Below are positions 1 through 8,329 of a stretch of DNA of 27,095 nt, one piece after another. How positions within the stretch are numbered: the stretch's first letter is position 1; each line of letters starts with the position of its first letter. The notes beneath the pieces were generated by a model that saw nothing but the letters and a program-made list of their open reading frames with translations, searched no databases and was not told where the DNA came from. This DNA comes from Acidobacteriota bacterium. Its GTDB lineage: Bacteria > Acidobacteriota > Vicinamibacteria > Vicinamibacterales > UBA2999. The position numbers and the translations under genes are program-made. Location of the stretch: positions 1 to 27,095 of the forward strand of contig CANJYC010000001.1 in the NCBI GenBank assembly GCA_947478985.1. The letters are read 5' to 3'.

Positions 1-39
1 CGGGCCGACGGCATCCCCGTGATGGATCAGCAAAATCAT
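1..39 (-). CDS. 5' end (13 codons, runs off the window) of a probable SixA-like histidine phosphatase superfamily protein
   Basis: Manual translation from ATG at 39 on the minus strand gives MILLIHHGDAVGP. This resembles the hydrophobic-strand + RHG/xHG-x-A N-terminus of SixA-type phosphatases. Too short for the ORF track. Confidence 0.45.
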   Translation of the reverse strand, partial: MILLIHHGDAVGP

Positions 40-46
40 CCTGAGA

Positions 47-52
47 TATACT
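47..52 (+). promoter_or_regulatory. Candidate -10 box (TATACT) for metK
   Basis: TATACT at 47-52, upstream of SD AAGGAG (78-83) and ATG 88. No convincing -35. Confidence 0.35.
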
Positions 53-87
53 GGCTCGTTTCCGTACACCCCGATCGAAGGAGCATC

Positions 88-1218
<1,131 letters not shown>

Positions 1219-1226
1219 CAGATTGC

Positions 1227-1269
1227 AGGCGGTGGGCAGTGGCCGGAAGCGCTGCCCCGCCCACCGCCT
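1227..1269. terminator. GC-rich hairpin between convergent metK and lipoprotein genes, built from heptamer repeat units
   Basis: AGGCGGTGGGC (1227-1237) is the exact reverse complement of GCCCACCGCCT (1259-1269). There is no U-tract, so the terminator role is inferred from position. Confidence 0.55.
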
Positions 1270-1277
1270 ACTGCCTA

Positions 1278-1778
1278 CTAGAAGAGCTCGTACCACCTTC
1301 GCGGTCGTCTGTTGATGACCTTCTGCACGACGGCCACCTGGGCCACCACGCCCTGCGCACCGCTATCCGGCACACCCAGCGACACGAGCAGCGCCTGCGT
1401 GTCCTTCTGCATGGCCTCAATCTGACGTTCGCTCAGGTCCCGCGCCGAGGTCACCGTCCAGAGCTGATGGGCAAGGCGCTGGAAGTTCTGATCCGTCATG
1501 GTTCTGCCCGCCACCACCTCTGACGTTCGGCGCGCAAGCTCAGCGCTGGCCGGCACCCCGCCGGGAACCATGTCGATAAACACCCGGAGATCGTCGGCCA
1601 GATCGGTCCGCGCCTGCGCCTCCCCTCTGGCGACGCTGGCGAGGTCCCGGCTGATGTCGATAATCTGATTCGGCCGGTCTCCGTCGGCGACCGGCAACGG
1701 GCCGTCAGCCTGACGACAGCCGGAGAGCATGGTCAATGCCAGGAGGAGAACGGCGGACAGCGTCACACGTGAAGTCAT
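1278..1778 (-). CDS. Lipoprotein of unknown function (166 aa)
   Basis: From ATG 1778: MTSRVTLSAVLLLALTMLSGC, a lipobox with Cys21. Helical-looking body, C-terminus RRPRRWYELF. Confidence 0.8.
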   Translation of the reverse strand: MTSRVTLSAVLLLALTMLSGCRQADGPLPVADGDRPNQIIDISRDLASVARGEAQARTDLADDLRVFIDMVPGGVPASAELARRTSEVVAGRTMTDQNFQRLAHQLWTVTSARDLSERQIEAMQKDTQALLVSLGVPDSGAQGVVAQVAVVQKVINRRPRRWYELF

Positions 1779-1785
1779 GCTCAAG

Positions 1786-1813
1786 AGCGTACCAAGCCCT
1801 TCAGTGAAGTCAA
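1786..1813 (-). promoter_or_regulatory. Sigma70-type promoter for the lipoprotein, probably leaderless
   Basis: On the minus strand: TTGACT (1813-1808), 16 nt, TACGCT (1791-1786) preceded by TGG (extended -10), then 7 nt to ATG 1778. No SD. Confidence 0.6.
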
Positions 1814-1844
1814 GGGACGTACTGCCGTTCAAAGGCGGTTTGAC

Positions 1845-1874
1845 TTGAGCGTCCGCCCCGTGATCAGTTAGGCT
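1845..1874 (+). promoter_or_regulatory. Candidate his operon promoter
   Basis: TTGAGC (1845-1850), 18 nt, TAGGCT (1869-1874), then 8 nt to the leader-peptide ATG at 1883. Confidence 0.5.
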
Positions 1875-1882
1875 AGGGACTC

Positions 1883-1966
1883 ATGGTTGCCGTCCTCCAC
1901 CACGCGCATCATCATCGCCACGGCCACACGGGCCGGTTGGCGGGATTGCGCGCGCTGAGGGACTAG
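1883..1966 (+). CDS. hisL: His operon leader peptide (27 aa, MVAVLHHAHHHRHGHTGRLAGLRALRD)
   Basis: Manual translation: 7 His codons within codons 6-15. Lies directly upstream of hisI and overlaps attenuator helices. Absent from the ORF track. Confidence 0.9.
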   Translation: MVAVLHHAHHHRHGHTGRLAGLRALRD

Positions 1967-2034
1967 AGCCGGTTACCGCTCGAACCAACCAGCATCGCAG
2001 GCAACCCGCCGGAATTCGCGGCGGGATTTTTTTT
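1903..2034 (+). promoter_or_regulatory. Ribosome-dependent transcription attenuator (1:2 protector, 2:3 antiterminator, 3:4 terminator)
   Basis: 1:2 helix: CGCGCA 1903-08/TGCGCG 1947-52, CGCCA 1916-20/TGGCG 1938-42, CGGCC 1921-25/GGCCG 1931-35. 2:3 helix: GGCGGG(A)TTGC 1939-49/GCAACCCGCC 2001-10. 3:4 helix: CCCGCCG 2005-11/CGGCGGG 2019-25. Confidence 0.88.
2005..2034 (+). terminator. Intrinsic terminator of the his attenuator
   Basis: 7-bp GC stem CCCGCCG/CGGCGGG with a 7-nt loop, followed by A and eight T (2027-2034), 14 nt before the hisI ATG. Confidence 0.92.
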
Positions 2035-2048
2035 GTACGGGTGAAACG

Positions 2049-2375
2049 ATGGACTTTACGAAACTCGACGGGCTCATCCCGGCGGTCGTGCAGGACGATG
2101 CCACTGGCGACGTGCTGATGGTCGGCTTCATGAATCCGGAGGCGTGGGACGTGACGCTGCGCACCGGCTACGTGACCTTCTTCAGCCGCACGCGCAACAA
2201 GCTGTGGACCAAAGGGGAGACGTCAGGCAACAAGCTGGCTGTCCGCGACATCCTCATCGACTGCGACAACGATACGGTGCTGGTGAAGGCCACGTGCCTG
2301 GGCGACGGTGTCGCCTGCCACACTGGTGAACGCACCTGCTTTTATACGCGCGCGGAGGGCGTGACCATTCCATGA
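2049..2375 (+). CDS. hisI: Phosphoribosyl-AMP cyclohydrolase, monofunctional (no HisE domain)
   Basis: [21 protein letters not shown] and [10 protein letters not shown] motifs. 108 aa. Confidence 0.96.
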   Translation: MDFTKLDGLIPAVVQDDATGDVLMVGFMNPEAWDVTLRTGYVTFFSRTRNKLWTKGETSGNKLAVRDILIDCDNDTVLVKATCLGDGVACHTGERTCFYTRAEGVTIP

Positions 2376-3259
2376 AGCTCAAGCTCGGCATCCCCAAGGG
2401 CTCGCTCCAGGACGCAACCATCCAGCTGTTCCAGCGCGCCGGCTTCAATATTCTCGTCAGCTCGCGATCGTATTTCCCGAGCATCGACGACATCGAGATC
2501 GAGTGCATGCTCATCCGCGCACAGGAGATGGCGCGCTACGTGTGCGACGGCGTCCTCGACGCCGGCCTCACCGGTCAGGACTGGATTGCCGAACACAAGC
2601 TCGGAGGCCAGACCAAACACGAACTGACGAGCGTGACCGACCTGATCTACGCCAAGCAGAGTTTCGGCAAGGTCCGCTGGGTGCTGGCCGCACCCGAAGA
2701 TTCGAAGTACAAGAACGCCGCTGACTTCGCGGGCGCGACGATCGCCACCGAGCTCGTGCGCGTCACGAAAGCGTATTTCGACAGGCTGAAGGTCCCGGTC
2801 AATGTCGAGTTCTCGTGGGGCGCGACCGAGGTGAAGCCGCCGGTGCTCGCCGACGGCATCGTCGAGGTCACCGAAACCGGTTCGAGCCTGCGCGCGAACC
2901 GGCTCAGGATTCTGGACACGGTGATGGAGTCGAATACCCAGCTCATCGCCAATGCATCGGCACTCGCTGATGACTGGAAGCGGACGAAGATCGAGAACAT
3001 CGCGCTGCTGCTGCGGGCGGCGATCGAGGCGCAGGGGCGCGTCGGACTGATGCTGAACGTGATGCGCAGTGACCTGCCCAAGATCCTGGCGCTGCTCCCG
3101 GCCCTGCAGCGGCCCACGATTTCCTCGCTCAGCGATGACGCGTGGGTGGCCGTCAACACCATCATCGAGGAGCGCGCCGTGCGTGACCTCATCCCGAAGG
3201 TCAAGGCGGCCGGCGGCCAGGGGATCGTTGAGTACCCGCTGAACAAGATTGTTGTTTAG
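2372..3259 (+). CDS. hisG: ATP phosphoribosyltransferase, long form
   Basis: [45 protein letters not shown], plus the C-terminal regulatory domain. ATGA overlap with hisI. Confidence 0.97.
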   Translation: MKLKLGIPKGSLQDATIQLFQRAGFNILVSSRSYFPSIDDIEIECMLIRAQEMARYVCDGVLDAGLTGQDWIAEHKLGGQTKHELTSVTDLIYAKQSFGKVRWVLAAPEDSKYKNAADFAGATIATELVRVTKAYFDRLKVPVNVEFSWGATEVKPPVLADGIVEVTETGSSLRANRLRILDTVMESNTQLIANASALADDWKRTKIENIALLLRAAIEAQGRVGLMLNVMRSDLPKILALLPALQRPTISSLSDDAWVAVNTIIEERAVRDLIPKVKAAGGQGIVEYPLNKIVV

Positions 3260-3287
3260 TGGGCGGTAGGCAGTGGGCGGTAGGCAG
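3260..3287 (+). repeat. Perfect tandem (TGGGCGGTAGGCAG)x2 filling the hisG-hisD gap
   Basis: Read directly: TGGGCGG TAGGCAG TGGGCGG TAGGCAG between TAG 3257-59 and GTG/ATG 3287/3290. Confidence 0.9.
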
Positions 3288-3289
3288 TG

Positions 3290-4576
3290 ATGAAGATCGT
3301 TGAATCGAGCAATCGACGGGCGGTGAAGGCGCTCCTCGCGCCGGAGCGGGCCTACGACGCGGCGACCGCGCGCACGGTGGCGGCGATCGTCGCCGACGTC
3401 CGGCGGGAAGGCGACCCGGCGCTGCTGAAGTACGCGCGGACGTTTGATGGCCTCGACGGGGCGATGGAGATCTCGCAGGACGAGATGCGCGCCGCCGCGC
3501 GCACCGTGCCACGCGACGTCCGTGCGGCGATCAGAACGGCCGCGAGGCACATTTGTGCCGTGGCGAAGCGCCAGGTGCCACGCGGCTGGCGCATGGCTGT
3601 GGCGCCCGGCGTCACCGTCGAACAGCGCGTGATCCCCCTCGATCGTGTCGGCTGTTACGTGCCGGGCGGCCGCTATCCGCTCCCCTCGTCACTGTTGATG
3701 ACCGCGATCCCGGCCGCTGCGGCCGGCGTGCGCGACATCGTTGCGGTTTGTCCGCGGCCGGAGCCGGTGGTCATGGCGGCAGCACTCGAAGCCGGTGTCT
3801 CCCGCCTGTTCCGGCTCGGCGGGGCGCACGCGATTGCCGCCCTGGCCTACGGCACAAAGACCATCCCGCGCGTCGACAAGATCGTGGGACCGGGCAACCG
3901 CTACGTCGCCGCCGCCAAGGCGCTCGTCGCCGCCGACTGTGGTATCGACTTTTACGCAGGCCCGACCGAAATCGTCATCGTCGCCGCGCGCGGTCCGGCC
4001 GAGTGGATCGCCGCCGACCTCATCGCACAGGCAGAGCACGACCCTGATGCGCGGGCCGTGCTGATCACCCCGAATCGCGCGCTCGCCGCGCGCGTGGCCC
4101 GTGAGGTGGACGACCGTATGCCCACGGACGGCCCGGCGCGTCAGGCACTCCGTGCGCACGGCGGCATCATCATCACGGAGAGCATCGGCGAGGCGATGGA
4201 TCTGGCCAACGCCTCCGCCCCTGAGCACCTCGTGGTTGACGACGATCGACTTGCGGCGATGGTCCGCTGCGCCGGTTCGCTCTTCGTGGGACCGTGGTCT
4301 GCGCAGGTGGCCGGCGACTATGCCATCGGCTCGAATCATGTGCTCCCGACGGCCGGCGCCGCTCGCGTACGCGGCGGGTTGTCGAGCGCCGACTTCGTCC
4401 GGCAGATCACGGTCCAGCGGCTGAGCGAGCGCGGGTTGCGCCGCATCGCACCGACCGTGGTTGATCTCGCCACGGCCGAGGGTCTGCATGGCCATGCCTC
4501 ATCGGTCTCGGTACGCCTCGGCCGTACCTCGGTTCCGGCGCGACGTCGCGTGCGCACGCCGGCGCGGGACAAATAG
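3290..4576 (+). CDS. hisD: Histidinol dehydrogenase
   Basis: YVPGG, GPGNRYV, AGPTE, QAEHD, APEHL, GDYAIGSNHVLPT. Start ATG 3290 (alternative GTG 3287). Confidence 0.97.
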   Translation: MKIVESSNRRAVKALLAPERAYDAATARTVAAIVADVRREGDPALLKYARTFDGLDGAMEISQDEMRAAARTVPRDVRAAIRTAARHICAVAKRQVPRGWRMAVAPGVTVEQRVIPLDRVGCYVPGGRYPLPSSLLMTAIPAAAAGVRDIVAVCPRPEPVVMAAALEAGVSRLFRLGGAHAIAALAYGTKTIPRVDKIVGPGNRYVAAAKALVAADCGIDFYAGPTEIVIVAARGPAEWIAADLIAQAEHDPDARAVLITPNRALAARVAREVDDRMPTDGPARQALRAHGGIIITESIGEAMDLANASAPEHLVVDDDRLAAMVRCAGSLFVGPWSAQVAGDYAIGSNHVLPTAGAARVRGGLSSADFVRQITVQRLSERGLRRIAPTVVDLATAEGLHGHASSVSVRLGRTSVPARRRVRTPARDK

Positions 4577-4578
4577 CC

Positions 4579-5613
4579 ATGCGTCTCCAGGGCTATCCCA
4601 ATCCCGGCGAGGGCCTGCGGCTCCACCTCAACGAGAACACCGGCGGGTGCTCGCCTCGCGTGCTCGAGGCCATCCGCAACATCGGTGCTCGCGATGTGTC
4701 GACCTATCCCGAGTACTCGGAGATCGTGCGCGCGTGCGCGCGCCACTTCGACGTCGACCCGGAGTGGGTCCTCCTGACCAATGGCCTCGACGAGGGTCTG
4801 CTGATGGCCGCGGTCGCGCACATCGCTCGCGTCCGCGCCCACGACGCGGAGACGATTGTGCCGCTGCCGGCCTTCGATCCGTATCCGAACGCGACGGCTG
4901 CAGTCGGCGCGACAGCGATTCTGGTGCCCCCAGGCAAGGACTACGCGTTTCCGACCGAGGCAGTCATCGCGGCGATCACACCACGGACGCGGATGATCTT
5001 TCTCAATACGCCGAACAATCCGACCGGGCAGCTGATCCCCATCGCCGACCTGGAACGGATTGCGTCAGCGGCGCCGGCCTCCGTCGTCTTCATCGACGAG
5101 GCCTACATCGAGTTCGGGGGCACCTCATTCCTGCCGCAGCTGCCCCGGTTCGACAACGTGCTCATCGGCCGCACGTTCTCGAAAGCCTACGGGCTCGCCG
5201 GGATGCGCGTCGGCATCGTCATCGGCCAGCCGCGCATGCTCGACCCGGTGCGCGAGGTGACGCTGCCCTTCAACATCAACGGCGTCGCGAGGGCCGCGGT
5301 CGCCGCCGCGCTTACCGACACGGAGTTCCTGCCCCGTTATGCCGCGCAGGTGACCGAGTCGCGCGAACGCCTCTACGCCGCCTGTGAGCGGCTCGGCCTG
5401 CCGTATTGGAAGAGCGCGGCCAACTTCGTGCTCGTCCGCGTCGGCGACTCCGCGCCGGTCGTCCGTGCGATGGCCGAGCGAAAGGTGCACGTGCGCGACC
5501 GCTCGAAGGATCCGACCACCGCGGGCTGCATCCGGGTCACGGCGGGCATCCGCGAACACACCGACGCTGCGATCGAGGCGCTGGAATCCGTCATGGCAGC
5601 GAGGCAGAAATAA
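4579..5613 (+). CDS. hisC: Histidinol-phosphate aminotransferase
   Basis: LHLNEN, PNNPTG, DEAY and [15 protein letters not shown] (PLP lysine). Operon context. Confidence 0.95.
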   Translation: MRLQGYPNPGEGLRLHLNENTGGCSPRVLEAIRNIGARDVSTYPEYSEIVRACARHFDVDPEWVLLTNGLDEGLLMAAVAHIARVRAHDAETIVPLPAFDPYPNATAAVGATAILVPPGKDYAFPTEAVIAAITPRTRMIFLNTPNNPTGQLIPIADLERIASAAPASVVFIDEAYIEFGGTSFLPQLPRFDNVLIGRTFSKAYGLAGMRVGIVIGQPRMLDPVREVTLPFNINGVARAAVAAALTDTEFLPRYAAQVTESRERLYAACERLGLPYWKSAANFVLVRVGDSAPVVRAMAERKVHVRDRSKDPTTAGCIRVTAGIREHTDAAIEALESVMAARQK

Positions 5614-6209
5614 TGGCGAAGGCACGCACGGCAGCATTCGATCGCCGGACCACCGAAACGCAGATCAAGGGCCGGCTCGCGATCGACGGCACGGGGAAAT
5701 ACGACGTCTCCACCGGCATCCGCTTCTTCGATCACATGCTCGAGCTCTTCACGCGCCACGGTGGATTTGATCTGACGTTGCACGCCAAAGGGGACCTCGA
5801 CGTCGACCAGCACCACACGGTCGAGGACGTCGGCATCACGCTCGGCGAGGCCGTGTCGAAGGCGCTCGGCGATCGCAAGGGCATCAACCGCGCCGGTTAT
5901 TTCCTGATGCCGATGGACGAAACACTCGGCCTGGCTGCCATTGACCTGAGCGGACGCCCGCACGCGGTTGTCGATCTGAAGGTGAAGGTACGCCTCGTCG
6001 GCGATCTGCAGAGCGAGCTCGTGCACGACTTCTTCGACGGCTTTGCCACCGGCGCACGCGCCAACGTCCACGTGAAGGTGCTGTACGGCCGCTCGAGCCA
6101 TCACCACATTGAGGCGGTGTTCAAGGCGTTTGCCCGGGCGCTGCGCGTGGCCTGCGCCCGTGACGCGCGTCTCGCGAAGATGCTGCCAAGTACCAAAGGG
6201 CTGCTGTGA
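5613..6209 (+). CDS. hisB: Imidazoleglycerol-phosphate dehydratase, monofunctional (198 aa)
   Basis: [37 protein letters not shown]. Start moved to ATG 5613 (TAATG overlap with the hisC stop). Confidence 0.97.
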   Translation: MAKARTAAFDRRTTETQIKGRLAIDGTGKYDVSTGIRFFDHMLELFTRHGGFDLTLHAKGDLDVDQHHTVEDVGITLGEAVSKALGDRKGINRAGYFLMPMDETLGLAAIDLSGRPHAVVDLKVKVRLVGDLQSELVHDFFDGFATGARANVHVKVLYGRSSHHHIEAVFKAFARALRVACARDARLAKMLPSTKGLL

Positions 6210-6811
6210 TTGCGCTCATCGACTACGGCGCGGGCAACCTGACCTCGGTACGCAAGGCGCTCACCGCGCTCGATGCCGAGTACATGACGCCCTCGTCGCC
6301 GGACGAACTGCACGGCGTGACCGGCGTGATCGTGCCTGGAGTCGGCCACTTTGCGGCCACCGCGGCGCTCGAGGGCGGATGGCGTGACGCGATTCACGCC
6401 TCGACCGAGCGCGGTACGCCGCTGCTCGGCATCTGCGTCGGCATGCAGTGGCTGTTCGAGGGGAGTGAGGAGGCGCCTGAGGTGCGGGGACTTGGTGCGC
6501 TGCAGGGGCGCGTGCGCCGTCTCAAGGGTGATGCCGCCCGTCGGATGAAGATTCCGCATGTCGGCTGGAACGCGCTCGACCTGCCGCGTCCGTCCACGCT
6601 GCTGGCCGGACTCGAGTCGGGCGCCTATGTCTATTTCACGCACTCCTACGCCGCCCCGGTCACCGATGACTGCATCGGCGCAACCACACACGTCGAGCCG
6701 TTTGCGGCGGCCGTCGAGCGGAAGAATGTCTTCGGCGTGCAGTTCCACCCGGAGAAGTCGAGTGATGCCGGCCTGCAGATCCTTCGGAACTTCCTCGGGA
6801 TTGCGCGCTAG
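6206..6811 (+). CDS. hisH: Imidazole glycerol phosphate synthase, glutaminase subunit
   Basis: [21 protein letters not shown] (catalytic Cys), PHVGWN, QFHPEKS (His-Glu). GTGA overlap with hisB. Confidence 0.97.
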   Translation: MIALIDYGAGNLTSVRKALTALDAEYMTPSSPDELHGVTGVIVPGVGHFAATAALEGGWRDAIHASTERGTPLLGICVGMQWLFEGSEEAPEVRGLGALQGRVRRLKGDAARRMKIPHVGWNALDLPRPSTLLAGLESGAYVYFTHSYAAPVTDDCIGATTHVEPFAAAVERKNVFGVQFHPEKSSDAGLQILRNFLGIAR

Positions 6812-7588
6812 ATGCTGACCAAACGCATCATCGCCTGCATGGACGTGCGGGACGGGCAGGTGGTCAAGGGCGTGCAGTTTCAGCAGTTGCGCCACGCCGG
6901 CGACCCCGCCGAACTGGCGCGCCGCTACAACGTCGAGGGCATCGACGAGGTCGTGGTCCTCGACATCACGGCCACGCTCGAGACGCGGCAAGCTCTGGCG
7001 CGCACCATTCATGCGGTCGCGCGCGAGATCTTCCTGCCGCTGACCGTCGGCGGCGGGATCCGCTCCGAAGACGACGCGGCGGCGGCGATCGATGCCGGCG
7101 CCGACAAGGTGAGCCTCAATACCGCAGCGCTGCGGAACCCGGCACTCATTACGGCCCTGGCACGCCGCTACGGCAGTCAGGCGGTCATCGTCGCCATCGA
7201 TGCGAAGCGCCGCACGGACCCGGCTGCCGGCGGCGGGGACTACGCGGTCTTCGTCCGCAGCGGCACGTCTGACGCCGCGCGCGACGCGGCCGAGTGGGCG
7301 CGCGAAGCGGAGTCGCGCGGCGCCGGAGAGATTCTGCTCACGTCGATGGATCGCGACGGCACGCGCTCGGGTTTCGACTGCGGGATGACCCGCGCCGTCG
7401 CCGATGCGGTCAACATCCCGGTCATCGCGTCCGGCGGCGCCGGCGGCCTTGAGCACTTCGCCGAGGTCTTTACCGACGGGTGCGCCGATGCCGCCCTCGC
7501 CGCGTCGATCTTTCACTACGCCGACACCAGCGTCACCGAGCTGAAGAAGTACCTCCGTGAGCAGGGCATTCCCGTACGCATATGCTGA
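6812..7588 (+). CDS. hisF: Imidazole glycerol phosphate synthase, cyclase subunit
   Basis: KRIIACMDV, LDITAT, PLTVGGGI, AIDAK, LTSMDRDGT, IASGGAG, ALAASIFH. Confidence 0.97.
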   Translation: MLTKRIIACMDVRDGQVVKGVQFQQLRHAGDPAELARRYNVEGIDEVVVLDITATLETRQALARTIHAVAREIFLPLTVGGGIRSEDDAAAAIDAGADKVSLNTAALRNPALITALARRYGSQAVIVAIDAKRRTDPAAGGGDYAVFVRSGTSDAARDAAEWAREAESRGAGEILLTSMDRDGTRSGFDCGMTRAVADAVNIPVIASGGAGGLEHFAEVFTDGCADAALAASIFHYADTSVTELKKYLREQGIPVRIC

Positions 7589-8268
7589 TCCCCGCCATCG
7601 ACCTCCAGCACGGCCACGTCGTCCAGCTCGTGCAGGGCGAGAAGCTGGCCATCGAGGCGCCGGACCCGGAGCCCTGGATTCAGCGTTTCTCGAGATTTCC
7701 CCGCGTCCAGGTGATTGATCTCGACGCCGCCAAGGGGCACGGTGACAACACCGCGATGGTGACGACGATCTGCGGCCGGCTCTCCTGCCGCGTCGGCGGC
7801 GGCATCAGGAGCGTGGAGCGCGCCCGCGCGGCGCTCTCGACCGGCGCCCATGCGGTGATCGTCAGCTCGGCGCTGTTCCGCAATGGCGAGGTCGATCTTG
7901 CCTTCGCCCGCACCCTCGCCGACGCCGTCGGTGCCGAGCGCGTCATCGCCGCGGTCGACAGCCGCGGTGGTCAGGTAGTCATTCACGGATGGAAGACGCC
8001 GCTGCCGATCACCGCCGTGGAGGCCGTGCGCGCACTCGAGCCGTTCTGCGGAGAGTTCCTCTACACCCACGTCGACAAGGAGGGGCTGATGCAGGGTACC
8101 GACATGGCCGCCATCCTGGCCGTGCGGCGCGCCACAGCACGTCGGCTCACCGCTGCCGGTGGCATCACCACGTGGGAGGAGATCGACCAGCTCGACGCCG
8201 AGGGGGTCGATGCGGTCGCCGGCATGGCCGTCTACACCGGCGCCCTGTCGCTGGACAGAGGGCGCTGA
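7582..8268 (+). CDS. hisA: ProFAR isomerase (HisA/HisF-family TIM barrel)
   Basis: IPAIDL, IDLDAA, VGGGIRS, AVDSRGG.V.IHGW, AAGGI. Last gene of the his cluster, 7-bp overlap with hisF. Confidence 0.88.
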   Translation: MLIPAIDLQHGHVVQLVQGEKLAIEAPDPEPWIQRFSRFPRVQVIDLDAAKGHGDNTAMVTTICGRLSCRVGGGIRSVERARAALSTGAHAVIVSSALFRNGEVDLAFARTLADAVGAERVIAAVDSRGGQVVIHGWKTPLPITAVEAVRALEPFCGEFLYTHVDKEGLMQGTDMAAILAVRRATARRLTAAGGITTWEEIDQLDAEGVDAVAGMAVYTGALSLDRGR

Positions 8269-8329
8269 CGTCGGTGGACACGCGATTGAAGCGCGCGCGG
8301 ACTGAGGATCGCCAGAAAGACCTCCTGGC

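Noticed and set aside
19-87. N-terminal extension of metK in the ORF track
   Set aside because: The SD and the conserved MetK start are at 78-90; the extension is the antisense of the divergent gene start.
40-87. SAM riboswitch upstream of metK
   Set aside because: Only 48 nt separate the two divergent starts, and no SAM-I/II/IV core is recognisable.
3260-3287. CRISPR array or IS ends at the repeat loci
   Set aside because: Units are 7-14 nt with no unique spacers, and there is no cas gene, transposase or target-site duplication.
5406-5612. Upstream extensions of hisB, and similarly 13097-13402 and 15803-16147
   Set aside because: They overlap the preceding genes; coupled starts at 5613, 13096 and 15802 fit better.
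8321-8327. Perfect SD (AGGAGGT) on the minus strand between hisA and the MFS gene
   Set aside because: No ATG/GTG at a suitable distance and no credible ORF follows.
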